Below are positions 40,529 to 50,584 of a stretch of 64,000 nucleotides of DNA, piece by piece (the stretch's first letter is position 1; every line of letters begins with the position of its first letter). This DNA is from a virus, in IMG/VR virus record IMGVR_UViG_3300044904_000300, positions 1-64,000 of that record. One strand, given 5' to 3'. The position numbers and the translations under genes are program-made. The notes under the pieces are model-generated. The model was not told where the DNA came from, searched no databases, and was given only the letters and a program-made list of their open reading frames with translations.

Positions 40529-41509
40529 ATGCCAAGTAACTTTTCCTCACTGCGCTCTTCGCGCAAAACCCTCCTCGACAAACTCGCAGCAGAAGTCAAG
40601 AAAGAACAGGCCAAGGGCGGCTCAAATGATGAGCGCTTCTGGAAGCTCACCGTTGACGCCAAGACGAAGATTGGCTATGCCAAGTTGCGTTTTCTGCCGG
40701 CCCCAAAGGATGAAGACATCCCGTGGGCGCGAGTGTTCTCTCATGCGTTTACCGGTCCTTCGGGCTCTTGGTTCATCGAGAACTGCCTGACGACCCTCGC
40801 TCGTCCCTGCCCAGTCTGCAAGGATAACACCAAGCTCTGGAACAGCGGCGTCGAGGCTGAAAAGGAAGTGGTGCGGAAGCGCAAGCGGAAGCTCCAGTTC
40901 ATCAGCAACGTCCTCATCATCGAGGACTCTGCTCATCCCGAAAACAACGGCAAGGTATTCCTGTTCAAGTATGGTGCGAAGATCCATGCGAAGATCATGG
41001 AACTCATCGAGCCCGAATTCCCCGACCAGACGCCAGCGAACCCCTTCGACTTTTGGGGTGGATGCGATTTCAAGTTGAAGTCGCAGGCCGTTGCGGGCTA
41101 CCAGAACTACGACAAGTCTTCGTTTGATGCGCCCTCCGAGTTGTTCGCGGACGACGATGACAAGAAGGAAGAAATTTGGGCAGCGGAGAAGTCCCTGCTT
41201 GAGTTCACCGCGGAAGGTCAGTTCAAGAACTACGAGGAACTGGCTGACCGGTTTGCCAAAGTTGTTTCGGGTGACGACGGGGATGCTCCTCGCACCGCTG
41301 CGGAAGCTGTAGCCAAGTCTCAGCCGACGCTAGAGGACGCGCAGGAAGCCGCTGTGGAAGTGGAAAAGCGGGAACGCAAGCTCCCGCCGAAGTCCAAGCC
41401 AGTTGCCAAGAAGGCAGAACCGGTTGAGAAGTCTGAGTTGGACCCTGCTCCAGCGGGAGACGACGATGCCGATATTCGGGCGTTCTTCGCGGACATGAAG
41501 GATGACTAG
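40529..41509 (+). CDS. gp32: Single-stranded DNA-binding protein
   Basis: DERFWK, RFLPAP, HAF.GP.G.W.IENC.TTL..PCPVC, LFKYG.KI..K, NYDKS.F, acidic tail. Confidence 0.95.
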   Translation: MPSNFSSLRSSRKTLLDKLAAEVKKEQAKGGSNDERFWKLTVDAKTKIGYAKLRFLPAPKDEDIPWARVFSHAFTGPSGSWFIENCLTTLARPCPVCKDNTKLWNSGVEAEKEVVRKRKRKLQFISNVLIIEDSAHPENNGKVFLFKYGAKIHAKIMELIEPEFPDQTPANPFDFWGGCDFKLKSQAVAGYQNYDKSSFDAPSELFADDDDKKEEIWAAEKSLLEFTAEGQFKNYEELADRFAKVVSGDDGDAPRTAAEAVAKSQPTLEDAQEAAVEVEKRERKLPPKSKPVAKKAEPVEKSELDPAPAGDDDADIRAFFADMKDD

Positions 41510-41552
41510 GTTGCGCGTTCCCTGAAAACGCGCTGGTGGAGGCGGAAACAAG

Positions 41553-41584
41553 AAGGCTGGGTCCTCGTGACTCAGCCTTTTTGT
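41553..41584 (+). terminator. Intrinsic terminator after gene 32
   Basis: AAGGCTGGGTC-CTCGT-GACTCAGCCTT followed by TTTG. Confidence 0.8.
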
Positions 41585-41808
41585 GCTTCAAAATGCTAAT
41601 GTTTTGGGGTGTCCCATTTTGAGACATGGAAAGCGAAGGAGAAGCGAAAGTCTCGCTAGGCTGGGTTTCTACAGCGTCTCGTCGGGAACGATACAGACAT
41701 CGTGGCCCCCGTCCTGAACCCCACCAAGGGACGCTGAACCCCTCGGTTTGGGTCAAAATGCTCCACTTCACCGACGGAAAAAGGACTAGACTTTTGCTAT
41801 TTCTTCGC

Positions 41809-43773
41809 TTAGGCCGCCGCGTTCACACCTTGCACAGTCTGAAGCGAAGCGTTCGGGTTGCGCGGATCAATACGCGGACCTTGCACCGTCGTTTGACTGT
41901 TGTTATTATTGTTGGTGATGTTGGTGACAACTGCACTTCCGCCGCCACCCGGCGCGGTACTTACCATTTGTGTCTGTGCTTGGAACGTGCCGGCCGCGCG
42001 AACTCCGCTGGGTTGGGGTCCGCCGGGCTGAGCACTATATGCCATATTATAATAGCTTGACGCTGACGTGCCATACGCATCTTGCCCGCCAAGACCCTGT
42101 TTTGCGACCCCGCTCGCGCCGATGAGGTGAGCCGCAGCCAAGTATCCCGCGATTTCCTTCGGGTCAGTATCAGGGCCGATGAGCTTTTTCTGTTCGAGTG
42201 TTTTCTTATTTCGCTCGGTGAGCGTTTTCATCGCGGCTTCTTGTCCAGCCCTATCGTTGAGGTAGTCTTCCAGTCCGCCCGGACGGGACCAAATGCTCGG
42301 GTCATGAATAGTCTCCACGCTCTGTTTGCGCTTTCTGGATATACCTGGTTTGACATAACCCGCATCTTCCAGGGCCGCCAATCCAAACTGATACTTCCCA
42401 ACATACCCAAGTGTATTGATAGCCCGATAGTCTCCACTACTCTCTCGTTGTCCTAGAGTTTCCGCAAACGAGTTGTAGTCAAATGCTCCTGTTCCGTTGA
42501 CCCTTTCAGGAGAAGTGGTTGGCGCCGGCGCGGGTGGGGCTTTCGTTACGGTTCTTGGCGCGGCCTTTCCCCACTTTCCGCCCTTACCCTGTTCGACCGC
42601 ATCCGGTGCGTTCGCTAACGCCTGCGCGGCCTTTGCGGTTTTTCCCGACTTGACCGCGTCGTCGTAGAGTTGATTACGGACGCGAAGTTCATTACCTCCA
42701 CGGTTGCGATCATTAATACCGCGGTTCTTGGCGCCCCGGAAGTCCGCACCGGTTTTGAATGCTTCTCCCCCGACAGCTTCAGCAGCAGCCGCATGGAACG
42801 CGGCGCCCAACGCAGCACCTCCCGCCAGGACCAACCCACCACCTTCTACAAACCAGTCCTTTGCGGTATCTACAAGACTCTCTATCCAGCCTTTATCCTC
42901 TTTCTTCTTGAGTAGGCCTTTCAGACCCCCTTGGCCCCCCTGTTCGCCAACCCGTTTAGCACCAAGTTCGTCTGTGCGTTCTTTCGCACGGTCCTCGGCC
43001 TGCTCGTCAGCGTTTTGCGCTTCTTGCGCGGCCGCCATCTTGGTGACTTGTGAGAGAATGCCCTTGTCTGTTTGAAGAATCGCGCTGAGAGTTTTTGTCG
43101 TTCCGGCTCCAGCGGCCGCGCCAGCACTTCCTGGCCTTCCGCCCCCAAAGTTGCCAAGCCGAGACGCGCTACCTTTACGACGCTGAGAACTATAGCTGCT
43201 TCCTCCTTCGTCCTCGGGGAGTGTGTCCTCTTGTAAATTGGCACGAGCTTCTAATTGTGCTTTCTTCCGTTCGGCTGCCTTTTCGCCAAAGCGAGCGTCT
43301 AGCGCCCGACCAATCCCGCGCTTGACGATGCTATCACTCCCTGTCAGGTTCTCGATGAAGTTCTGCTTGACGCTTTGCACCTTTTCGCGTGCGATGTTTT
43401 TGAGTGCGTGTGTTACATGCGTTTGGAACTGTGCGTGTTTCTGGCAGAAGCCCAGAAGAATCTTGAGACCATGCTCGACGCTGCTTTTGTCTTTTTTATC
43501 CATCGGCGCGTCTTTGAGATGCGCGATGGCCTCGCTGATGACCTTAGCAGTTTCGCGGAGTCCGTGCATGGACCCCATGCTGGCTTCCACCGCATCGATA
43601 TATGGTTGAATGAGAGACCTTGATGCTCGGCTGAACTGACCGAGAGCCGTCGAAAGCTCCGTAAACTCTCTATCGGGACCGGTCTTTCCGTGCGCCTCGG
43701 CCGCACCTCGGGCTTCACGGGCAGCTAAAAGAGGAGCATTTGTTCTCGGGTCCAAGTAATCTTTAACGGCCAT
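41809..43773 (-). CDS. Baseplate hub / tape-measure-like protein with lysozyme-like domain
   Basis: Helical N-terminus; RESSGDYRAIN..GY.GKYQFG lysozyme-like motif; C-terminal V.TN.TNNNNN tail; downstream of gp26/51. Confidence 0.7.
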   Translation of the reverse strand: MAVKDYLDPRTNAPLLAAREARGAAEAHGKTGPDREFTELSTALGQFSRASRSLIQPYIDAVEASMGSMHGLRETAKVISEAIAHLKDAPMDKKDKSSVEHGLKILLGFCQKHAQFQTHVTHALKNIAREKVQSVKQNFIENLTGSDSIVKRGIGRALDARFGEKAAERKKAQLEARANLQEDTLPEDEGGSSYSSQRRKGSASRLGNFGGGRPGSAGAAAGAGTTKTLSAILQTDKGILSQVTKMAAAQEAQNADEQAEDRAKERTDELGAKRVGEQGGQGGLKGLLKKKEDKGWIESLVDTAKDWFVEGGGLVLAGGAALGAAFHAAAAEAVGGEAFKTGADFRGAKNRGINDRNRGGNELRVRNQLYDDAVKSGKTAKAAQALANAPDAVEQGKGGKWGKAAPRTVTKAPPAPAPTTSPERVNGTGAFDYNSFAETLGQRESSGDYRAINTLGYVGKYQFGLAALEDAGYVKPGISRKRKQSVETIHDPSIWSRPGGLEDYLNDRAGQEAAMKTLTERNKKTLEQKKLIGPDTDPKEIAGYLAAAHLIGASGVAKQGLGGQDAYGTSASSYYNMAYSAQPGGPQPSGVRAAGTFQAQTQMVSTAPGGGGSAVVTNITNNNNNSQTTVQGPRIDPRNPNASLQTVQGVNAAA

Positions 43774-43965
43774 GTGCGCGTCTCATTTCTTCTTCTTTGT
43801 GACGTATCCGTTCTTCTTCCATCCACTGCCGCAGAAGTAGGACATACAGGTCCTTCTCAAACGGAATCATGTTCTCCAGTTCTGTCAAGTTCCATCCATG
43901 ATGTTTCATCAACGCAAAGTTCATTCTGTAGTAGTTCGAGAGCGTGTCGTGATGACACGCTAGAC
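43763..43965 (-). CDS. gp51: Baseplate hub assembly catalyst (not in the ORF track; no upstream start codon)
   Basis: RLACHHDTLSNYYRMNFALMKHHGWNLTELENMIPFEKDLYVLLL...EE, in the -1 frame relative to gp26. Confidence 0.85.
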
Positions 43966-44706
43966 GAAAAAATCCATGATCCCTGAGAGTGTGATGTCCT
44001 CAGTATAGTCGCACTTGGTGCACTTGAACTGGAACGTATGCTCCAGTCGGGGCATCGTATCAAAGAACACCCGGAACTTGTTGGCTTGCACCACGGGGAG
44101 CGACTCGACAAATGTTCGTAGTTCCTCGGGGGTGCTATCTTTCGCTTCATGCACTTCGCCCGTCGTTTCAAAAATGCTCTCGATGCAGTTGGCGATGAGC
44201 GCCACGCTGTCTACTTCCGGGTTCGTATTGTCAAACACGTTGATGTATTTTGACGTGGGGTAACGCATGACGCATCCAAAGATGTCCGTGAGCATGACCT
44301 TCTTGGTGTGCCCTTTTGGCACAACCAGTTTGATGTCGTCCAGGTTGATCTTGATGACCTCGATGTTATGACAGAGCCCATCAACTGTCGTGTCGAGTGG
44401 AAGCGATACCGGTTTGTTCTTGCATTCGTAACGGAGTTCCACGAGGTTGTTCACAGACTTGGCGCGGAGATTGAGGAACAAAAATTCCAAGTCAAACGTT
44501 GGGAGTGTATCCGCGTTGATCGCATCAAAGGTGCAGTTCTGCACGATCTGTTTGACCGCTCGGTCGATTTCAGTTTCGTCCTTGCCTTCCTGGGCCATCA
44601 GCAGAATCTTCTCTTCTTTGACAAGATACGGGCGATACTTCACGGGGCGAGAAATACTATGAAGTTTGATTTCGTATGTCGGAGTCACGATAGTTGGAAT
44701 ACTCAT
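43960..44706 (-). CDS. gp26: Baseplate hub assembly protein
   Basis: P.I.TPTYE.KL.S....KYRPYLVKEEKILLMAQE, FDLEFLFL.LRAKSV, C.KC.....LSG..DFF. Confidence 0.92.
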   Translation of the reverse strand: MSIPTIVTPTYEIKLHSISRPVKYRPYLVKEEKILLMAQEGKDETEIDRAVKQIVQNCTFDAINADTLPTFDLEFLFLNLRAKSVNNLVELRYECKNKPVSLPLDTTVDGLCHNIEVIKINLDDIKLVVPKGHTKKVMLTDIFGCVMRYPTSKYINVFDNTNPEVDSVALIANCIESIFETTGEVHEAKDSTPEELRTFVESLPVVQANKFRVFFDTMPRLEHTFQFKCTKCDYTEDITLSGIMDFFV

Positions 44707-44713
44707 GTCTCAC

Positions 44714-45598
44714 TTATCCTCTTATAGTTGGCGCAATAGTCAACGGAATTAATGTCATTTCTCCGGGCGTGCCCCGCGAACTTGTTGTTGATGATGCAAT
44801 AACATGGTCACCCTGCTGTGCTACCGAAGTAATTTCACCAGGAGGCGGACCCGGTGCCTCTCTTACTGCAGTAATTGGTGTTGCACTAGGAACCCCCTGC
44901 GCGGGTCCCTCCTCGGGAAGAACGATACTTGACCCACCCGGAATCCCTGTTGTCTCACTCGGTGTGAATACGTCCAGCCCTGATGGGGGTGTGTTTGGGA
45001 AGAAGTCTTTTGGAACTTGCCAGACCGACCATGCGCTGAACGTGAAGGTTACGGGAAGTTTGGTCACCTCACTCTCGGTGCTCCACGATACTGCGACTGC
45101 ATCGACCAGTTTGGGATATGCTCGTTCGAATTGGTACCCGATGGTAGGGTTGTTCTGTCGGTCAAACACTGCGAGATAGATTTCCCCATAGTATCCTTTG
45201 GGGTCGGAAGACCCACCGGACCCCGCAAATGTGAAGTCCCGCGATGAATTGTACCCCGCGGTCATGTCCTGTATGAGGTTCTGCCACGCATGAAATACTC
45301 GCTGGATGGGGTTGTCGCCCCCGTTGAGCGGAGTGTTGAACGTGCAATTGAGCGCGGTGAATTCTGTATGATAGGGGAACTGCTCCGTCAACCCATACTG
45401 TGTGAGTTCTGTTTCGGCGAATGATCTATCGGGAAGAGATGTTGATTCACATGCAATACCCCGCGCAAGCCAATTCTTGGCGACGAGCATAGGCCCGGTA
45501 AGCGCCAACGCTCGGGGAACGATTACCTTGCACGCGAACCGATTGCTCTGTTGGAACCCGAGGTTGAATTCGTTGAAGAATTGACTGAGTTGCTGCAT
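44714..45598 (-). CDS. Tail-tube initiator (gp54/gp19-like fold)
   Basis: NRF...C..TSLP.R.....Y...FPY; F.AWQN.I; AYP..V....VSW......L.VTF.F. Confidence 0.75.
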   Translation of the reverse strand: MQQLSQFFNEFNLGFQQSNRFACKVIVPRALALTGPMLVAKNWLARGIACESTSLPDRSFAETELTQYGLTEQFPYHTEFTALNCTFNTPLNGGDNPIQRVFHAWQNLIQDMTAGYNSSRDFTFAGSGGSSDPKGYYGEIYLAVFDRQNNPTIGYQFERAYPKLVDAVAVSWSTESEVTKLPVTFTFSAWSVWQVPKDFFPNTPPSGLDVFTPSETTGIPGGSSIVLPEEGPAQGVPSATPITAVREAPGPPPGEITSVAQQGDHVIASSTTSSRGTPGEMTLIPLTIAPTIRG

Positions 45599-46218
45599 TA
45601 GAATTTTTGCTCCGATTCTTTCCAGATGGTGCTTCTACTTTCCTTCGCAAATAGTTCCACCGGGAGCCAGAGTGCGATGTCCCATTCCGACTCTCCGACC
45701 TGAAGCATCGGGGACCGCAGGTTCTTGAAGAGATAGCGACGGTAACAAGGACGGAACTGCTCATACTTAGGGCTGGTCGCCAACCAATCATACTTGAATT
45801 TCATGCTGACTTTGAGCGGGTCTTTGCTTTTTTGCCGGCGCTCATAGAGGTTATCGAACAACCAGGCCCGCCAGTAGTAGCTCAGATAGTGAAAATTGAG
45901 CCCCGTGAAAGACTCTTGGTCTCGGTCAATCACGAGGACGAATGGAAACCGGTCATAGAATGGGAGTGTGTCTTTTCCCGACGGTTCATACAGGAAAAAA
46001 TAACAGAACCCCGGCAAGGTTCGTGAAGGTGAAACGACGCGCTTGGAGATGGGCTGTTGCTGGAGGTCGGAGAACTTTGGTTTGCCGAGCGAACGCTGCC
46101 AAGCCATTAGGTCCGTATAGAACGTCTTGAACCAGAACATCGCTCGCTTCTCCATCGGGAGCATCGCGTCGTTCTTCTCGATCTTTGCCCGGAGCGTCTG
46201 AAAGATGTTGACTGCCAT
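45598..46218 (-). CDS. gp2: DNA end protector
   Basis: Y.F.Y.P..KDTLP.YDRFP.VL.....F.GLNFHYL; RRYL...LRS; W..A..LP.E.F. Confidence 0.9.
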   Translation of the reverse strand: MAVNIFQTLRAKIEKNDAMLPMEKRAMFWFKTFYTDLMAWQRSLGKPKFSDLQQQPISKRVVSPSRTLPGFCYFFLYEPSGKDTLPFYDRFPFVLVIDRDQESFTGLNFHYLSYYWRAWLFDNLYERRQKSKDPLKVSMKFKYDWLATSPKYEQFRPCYRRYLFKNLRSPMLQVGESEWDIALWLPVELFAKESRSTIWKESEQKF

Positions 46219-47153
46219 TACTTGATTGTTCCAAAAATTTCGCGTTCGGTTAAAATAACAAATTGGGCTCCATGAAGTTTACACCATTCCTCCGCTGCTT
46301 GAAATTTAGCAGAATTAATAGCAAAGGTAACTGTTTCATTAATATGTCGTTTATGCTGTCGGTTTGTCTTGGGCGCCGCCGGCGGTTTACACTGTTTTTC
46401 GGGTTTAACTTCGATGAGAAATGTCTTATTACTTCCATCTTTGGCCGCAACACGGATAAGAAAATCGGGAAAATAGGTATGCTGCTTCAAGTCGTCTGGG
46501 CGAATATAAGGGATGCGTATTTCTTCGCTAGACCAATTAACAATACCTGTGGTGTTGTCAAAATACCGCATCATACGAAATTCCCACCCCGACCGATAAA
46601 CAATATTTGTAGAATCTCCTACATATTTTTGCGGATTGGTAGGATGAAATTTCCCCTGATTAAACTGTGGCAATGTGATATCTCCATTAGCAAATGCGGA
46701 CAACCGAGTGTCGCTCATTTTCTGTCGTGTTTCGTCGGTATGGTGTTGACTCCGCCAATTCGAACCATGTAGCGTAATATACTCCTTTGCTTGTTTTGAT
46801 TTATTTTGACAAGCCCTTACAGGATATGGTCGTTTATTTTTAGAGCCTTTTGGGCGACCATTTTTGTTTCTGCACTTTACAGTGAATATTGGAGCCCATG
46901 CGGCCTTACGTTCGTCATTCCATCCTGCTTTTGCTCGTTCACTCGCGCAGACATATGCGTGTTTTCGACAGTGAACCGTGTAGCCGTTAGTTAAATCTAC
47001 ATAGCGAGTTGGTTCTTGGCAGATAAGGCATTTCCCCGAGGTTCCCATTGATAAGTAAATATCATAGTAACTCTGTGAGGTGTGTTTGTGACTACGAACG
47101 TGTTGAGCTAATGCGCGCACCGGCATATCATTATGGCATATTTGGCATATCAT
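46218..47153 (-). CDS. gp4: Head completion nuclease gp4 with N-terminal Zn-finger/NUMOD extension
   Basis: C-terminal GKF.P.NP.KY.GD..NI.YRS.WE...WSSEE..IPY..YFPDF..EVKP.KQ; N-terminal CxxC..HxxxH and NUMOD3 repeats; late promoter at 47174-47180. Confidence 0.85.
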   Translation of the reverse strand: MICQICHNDMPVRALAQHVRSHKHTSQSYYDIYLSMGTSGKCLICQEPTRYVDLTNGYTVHCRKHAYVCASERAKAGWNDERKAAWAPIFTVKCRNKNGRPKGSKNKRPYPVRACQNKSKQAKEYITLHGSNWRSQHHTDETRQKMSDTRLSAFANGDITLPQFNQGKFHPTNPQKYVGDSTNIVYRSGWEFRMMRYFDNTTGIVNWSSEEIRIPYIRPDDLKQHTYFPDFLIRVAAKDGSNKTFLIEVKPEKQCKPPAAPKTNRQHKRHINETVTFAINSAKFQAAEEWCKLHGAQFVILTEREIFGTIK

Positions 47154-47331
47154 TAGATAGCAACCTCCACCAGTATTTAGCATCCCCTACATACTTCTGA
47201 GGGCGCTCCGGGTGATAGATTCCCTGATGATACTGCATGAGGCTATTTAGGCGATGAAAACAACACAATACGAAAGTGCGGGGGCGACCGCTTCCGCTTG
47301 CTCTCTAAATACTTACAGAGGTTAGACCTAC

Positions 47332-48336
47332 ATGGCGCAAGTTCTCACATACCCAGAAAACGTGTCCAAGTTCAACAAGTGGCTTCGCTTTGATGCGCGG
47401 AAAGGCCGCCATGTTGGGCGGGGCGTGATGGTCAACGAGGCGGGACAGACGGATAGTGTGGTCATGTGCGCTGCGATGTATCTTCCCACCAGCGCGTTGA
47501 AATCCTCGATGACCGTCAACTACGACACAACCGAGTTCTCGGGGATGATGATGGAACAAGCCGCGCAAGCCGCGACGGAAGCTGCGAATATGAAATTGGG
47601 AGAGAACGGACTGGATTCTATTGGTAACGCCGCAGAAGCAGTTTTGGGCACCGCGATGAAGCTGGCAGGCAGCCTTGGCGCGGAGAGTATTGGAGAATGG
47701 CTCAAAAAATACACCGCAAAAAAGGCGGTTGACAAATTCGGAACGCAGATTGAAGCGATGGTGGGACAGAAGGTCAACCCCCGCACGGACATCATCTTCA
47801 GCGCCCAGGATTACCGTAAGTGGAGTTTTGAATACATCCTCATCCCCCGCACGATCACCGAAGCACGAAACATCGAACAGATTGTCAACATGTTCCGGTT
47901 CTACATGCTCCCGGTCTATCGTAGTGCGGATACAAAACTTGGTGCATCGGGCGCATACATGATGGGTTATCCATATGAGTGGACCATCACCGCGCATGGG
48001 GCGGGCTCCGGGCAAGACAAAACAGGAACAGATTCATACGGGACCTTTGACTACGGAACAGACACGAATGATGCGCGGGGCAACTTGGGCAACCCCCTCA
48101 ATACTGGAGATATCAACTTGAAAGTCAACAAGATTGGTCGGTCGGTGCTTACCAATTTGTCCGTTGACCAAGCTGGTGGCGGAAAAGTCGCGTTTGTCGG
48201 AGAGGGTGGACAGAACGAACTATTTCCGTTGGTCACGCAGATGTCGCTCGAATTCCAAGAAGTCGTCCTCTTGGGACGAGACAATACGGATATTCTCGGT
48301 GGGATGCCGGCCGGCGGAGACCCAAGAAACGCATAG
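47332..48336 (+). CDS. gp48: Baseplate tail-tube cap
   Basis: LP.......Y, NP.....F....R..SF.Y...P....EA..I..I...FR..M.P; late promoter CTAAATA at 47305. Confidence 0.85.
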   Translation: MAQVLTYPENVSKFNKWLRFDARKGRHVGRGVMVNEAGQTDSVVMCAAMYLPTSALKSSMTVNYDTTEFSGMMMEQAAQAATEAANMKLGENGLDSIGNAAEAVLGTAMKLAGSLGAESIGEWLKKYTAKKAVDKFGTQIEAMVGQKVNPRTDIIFSAQDYRKWSFEYILIPRTITEARNIEQIVNMFRFYMLPVYRSADTKLGASGAYMMGYPYEWTITAHGAGSGQDKTGTDSYGTFDYGTDTNDARGNLGNPLNTGDINLKVNKIGRSVLTNLSVDQAGGGKVAFVGEGGQNELFPLVTQMSLEFQEVVLLGRDNTDILGGMPAGGDPRNA

Positions 48337-48339
48337 TCT

Positions 48340-48867
48340 ATGAACTACTTCGAATACTTTCCAGTTATCTCGTATACCTTCGCCGAGGGCAACACCTCGT
48401 GGTCGCTGAACATCACAGATATCACTCGTCATGTGACGATTATCGAAGCGGTCAAGGCCAAGATTTCCGTGTTCTATCCTTATGTGGTGCAGGACGGCGA
48501 ACGCCCGGATACCGTGGCCACCAAGGTCTATGGTGGCCCGGAATACACCTGGATCGTGCTCGTCACCAATAACATTCTCAACCTCTATGACTGGCCTTTG
48601 ACCGAAGAAGAGATGGGGCGCTACATCATCGACAAGTATGGGTCCCAGGCCAACGCGGTCGCAACGAAAAACAACTTCTATCTCACGACGCTGGGTGACT
48701 ATGTGGATTTTGTTACTTACTATGCGCTTCCGCCCGCAGAGCAGGGAGAGATCCGCACTGCATATGAGGACGAGATACAGAAGAACGAAACCAAGCGTCG
48801 TATCCGGGTCATTCCCGCCGCCTTTGTCGGGTCACTGCAATCGGAACTTGAGCGAGTATTCATCTAA
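48340..48867 (+). CDS. gp53: Baseplate wedge subunit
   Basis: YF..FP.I.Y; Y..QDGERPD.VA..VYG...Y.W.VL..N.I...Y.WP; AYE.E...NE.KR.I. Confidence 0.92.
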   Translation: MNYFEYFPVISYTFAEGNTSWSLNITDITRHVTIIEAVKAKISVFYPYVVQDGERPDTVATKVYGGPEYTWIVLVTNNILNLYDWPLTEEEMGRYIIDKYGSQANAVATKNNFYLTTLGDYVDFVTYYALPPAEQGEIRTAYEDEIQKNETKRRIRVIPAAFVGSLQSELERVFI

Positions 48868-50267
48868 TGGCCATCCGCACCGAACCCCGTCAAGTCCGTT
48901 TGAATGCGTGCAACATCTTTGCGCCAGGGTTGGCTCAACGCTTGCCCGGCACCTTGGCGGCAACGGTCGAGACTGAAGGGCTGAGTGTTCTCAAATACAT
49001 CCAACAGATCGATATCTATGAGAGCATCTTTGATAACACCATTAGCGGAGCCGTCACACTCTTGGAGAATGTTGGGCTTATTGAACTGGTGCCCATCGTG
49101 GGCGTCGAGTATCTTTGGTTGTCCTTTGAAGTCGATGATAGTGGTGTGAAACGCAAGTTTGAGCGGATGTTCCGTATCATCAAGGCGCAGGATGTTTCGT
49201 ATCCTCGTCATGACCATCGGCTCTTCACACTCCAGCTTTCCACGCACGAGTTCGTCGCCAGCGTGGCCAGCCGTATCTCCCGTCCGTATGATAAGTGGAC
49301 CTGCAAGGATGCGGTGAGCGACATCTTGCAGCGGGACTTGGGTATCACCTCGGAGCGTATCTTGGAAATCGAGGAGACCAACGGAAAGGTTTCGATCACG
49401 CTCCCAAACTACACACCCCTGCAAGCGATCAACTTCTTTGCGTTACTTTCACAGACCAAGGACACCAAGGAAAGTAACTTCGTGTTCTTTGAGACGCTGG
49501 ACGGGTTCCATTTTACGAGTATCGCCAAGCTCATTACTGACGGGCTCAAAGGGATCGCGGACCCATCACACCGCGTCTATCGGGTGAACCCAGGAGCCTT
49601 GACGGGTGGGGGCGCGACGGAAGAGGTCGCTCGCAACTCGATTTTCCGTATTTACCAGGACCAGACCTTTGATACTTTGGTGGATATCGCCGGTGGGATG
49701 CTCCGATCACAGATGATCTCGTTTGACTTTATGGCGCGGAAACTCCAGTATGTTGAGGATAGCCGCTACACCGACACATTCCCCAAGACCACGCATCTCG
49801 CGCCCGGGCCCGTGTATCCGTTGAACTATGACCAAGGCGTCTCAAAGGGCGTGCGAACGTTCACGTTTCCAACCAACGTATGGACCGCGAACGGCGCGTG
49901 GATGCAAGGGAAAGATGACGCCCCGGAACAGAAACTCTATGAGGCTATCGTGTTGCATAACCGACAGATGAAAGAGATTTCACATGTGCAGACGCTTGTG
50001 GAGCTGCCGGGTCACCCAGAAATCCGAGCGGGCTATGTAATGGACATTCAGTATCCCTCGACGCGCCCGATGGCGAACCCAGATGTAAGCCCGAGAATGT
50101 CCACACCAGAAGTCGAGACCCCGCTCTTTAGTGGTCCGCATTTGGTCACTTCGGTGCGACATATGTTCCTCCCACAGGGGTCGGGGCAGTTTGAATACCG
50201 GATGCACCTGAAAGTCAATAAGGACAGCTTCCGCACCAACATCGGTGCGTTCAAAAGCCAGGAATAA
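48867..50267 (+). CDS. Baseplate hub protein (gp27-like position)
   Basis: I.IYESIF..TISG...L....L....PI.G.E; F.FFET..GF.F.SI; located between gp53 and gp5. Confidence 0.7.
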   Translation: MAIRTEPRQVRLNACNIFAPGLAQRLPGTLAATVETEGLSVLKYIQQIDIYESIFDNTISGAVTLLENVGLIELVPIVGVEYLWLSFEVDDSGVKRKFERMFRIIKAQDVSYPRHDHRLFTLQLSTHEFVASVASRISRPYDKWTCKDAVSDILQRDLGITSERILEIEETNGKVSITLPNYTPLQAINFFALLSQTKDTKESNFVFFETLDGFHFTSIAKLITDGLKGIADPSHRVYRVNPGALTGGGATEEVARNSIFRIYQDQTFDTLVDIAGGMLRSQMISFDFMARKLQYVEDSRYTDTFPKTTHLAPGPVYPLNYDQGVSKGVRTFTFPTNVWTANGAWMQGKDDAPEQKLYEAIVLHNRQMKEISHVQTLVELPGHPEIRAGYVMDIQYPSTRPMANPDVSPRMSTPEVETPLFSGPHLVTSVRHMFLPQGSGQFEYRMHLKVNKDSFRTNIGAFKSQE

Positions 50268-50269
50268 CT

Positions 50270-50575
50270 ATGGATAGCCCACAGACATTTCACATCGGGA
50301 TGGACGGGTTCATTTGGTTTGTGGCCGTCATCGAAAGCATCGAGGACCCCGTTAAAGCTGGCCGGGTCAAGGCCCGCATTATTGGGTGGCACGATCCAGA
50401 CAAGGCCGCGGTCGCCACAAATGAACTTCCGTGGGCATATCCGGTGCTCCCGATTTCACAAGCTCGCACGATGCCGAACTGGCGTGTCGGGGATTGGTGC
50501 CTTGGGTTCTTCCTTGACGGAAAACTCGGCCAGCAGCCGATGCTGTTTGGTGTGCTTCCCGCTGTGACGACATAG
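50270..50575 (+). CDS. gp5: gp5 N-terminal OB-fold as a separate ORF
   Basis: GMDGF.WF..V.E...DP...GRV..RI.G.H...LPWA; G.W..GFFLDG...QQP...G. Confidence 0.88.
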   Translation: MDSPQTFHIGMDGFIWFVAVIESIEDPVKAGRVKARIIGWHDPDKAAVATNELPWAYPVLPISQARTMPNWRVGDWCLGFFLDGKLGQQPMLFGVLPAVTT

Positions 50576-50584
50576 GAGTTTTTG

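Noticed and set aside
50573-50575. Genome-wide amber recoding (genetic code 15)
   Set aside because: TAG cleanly terminates many core genes (gp61, gp33, gp26, gp32, gp48), there is no CUA tRNA, and only one in-frame TAG interruption was seen.
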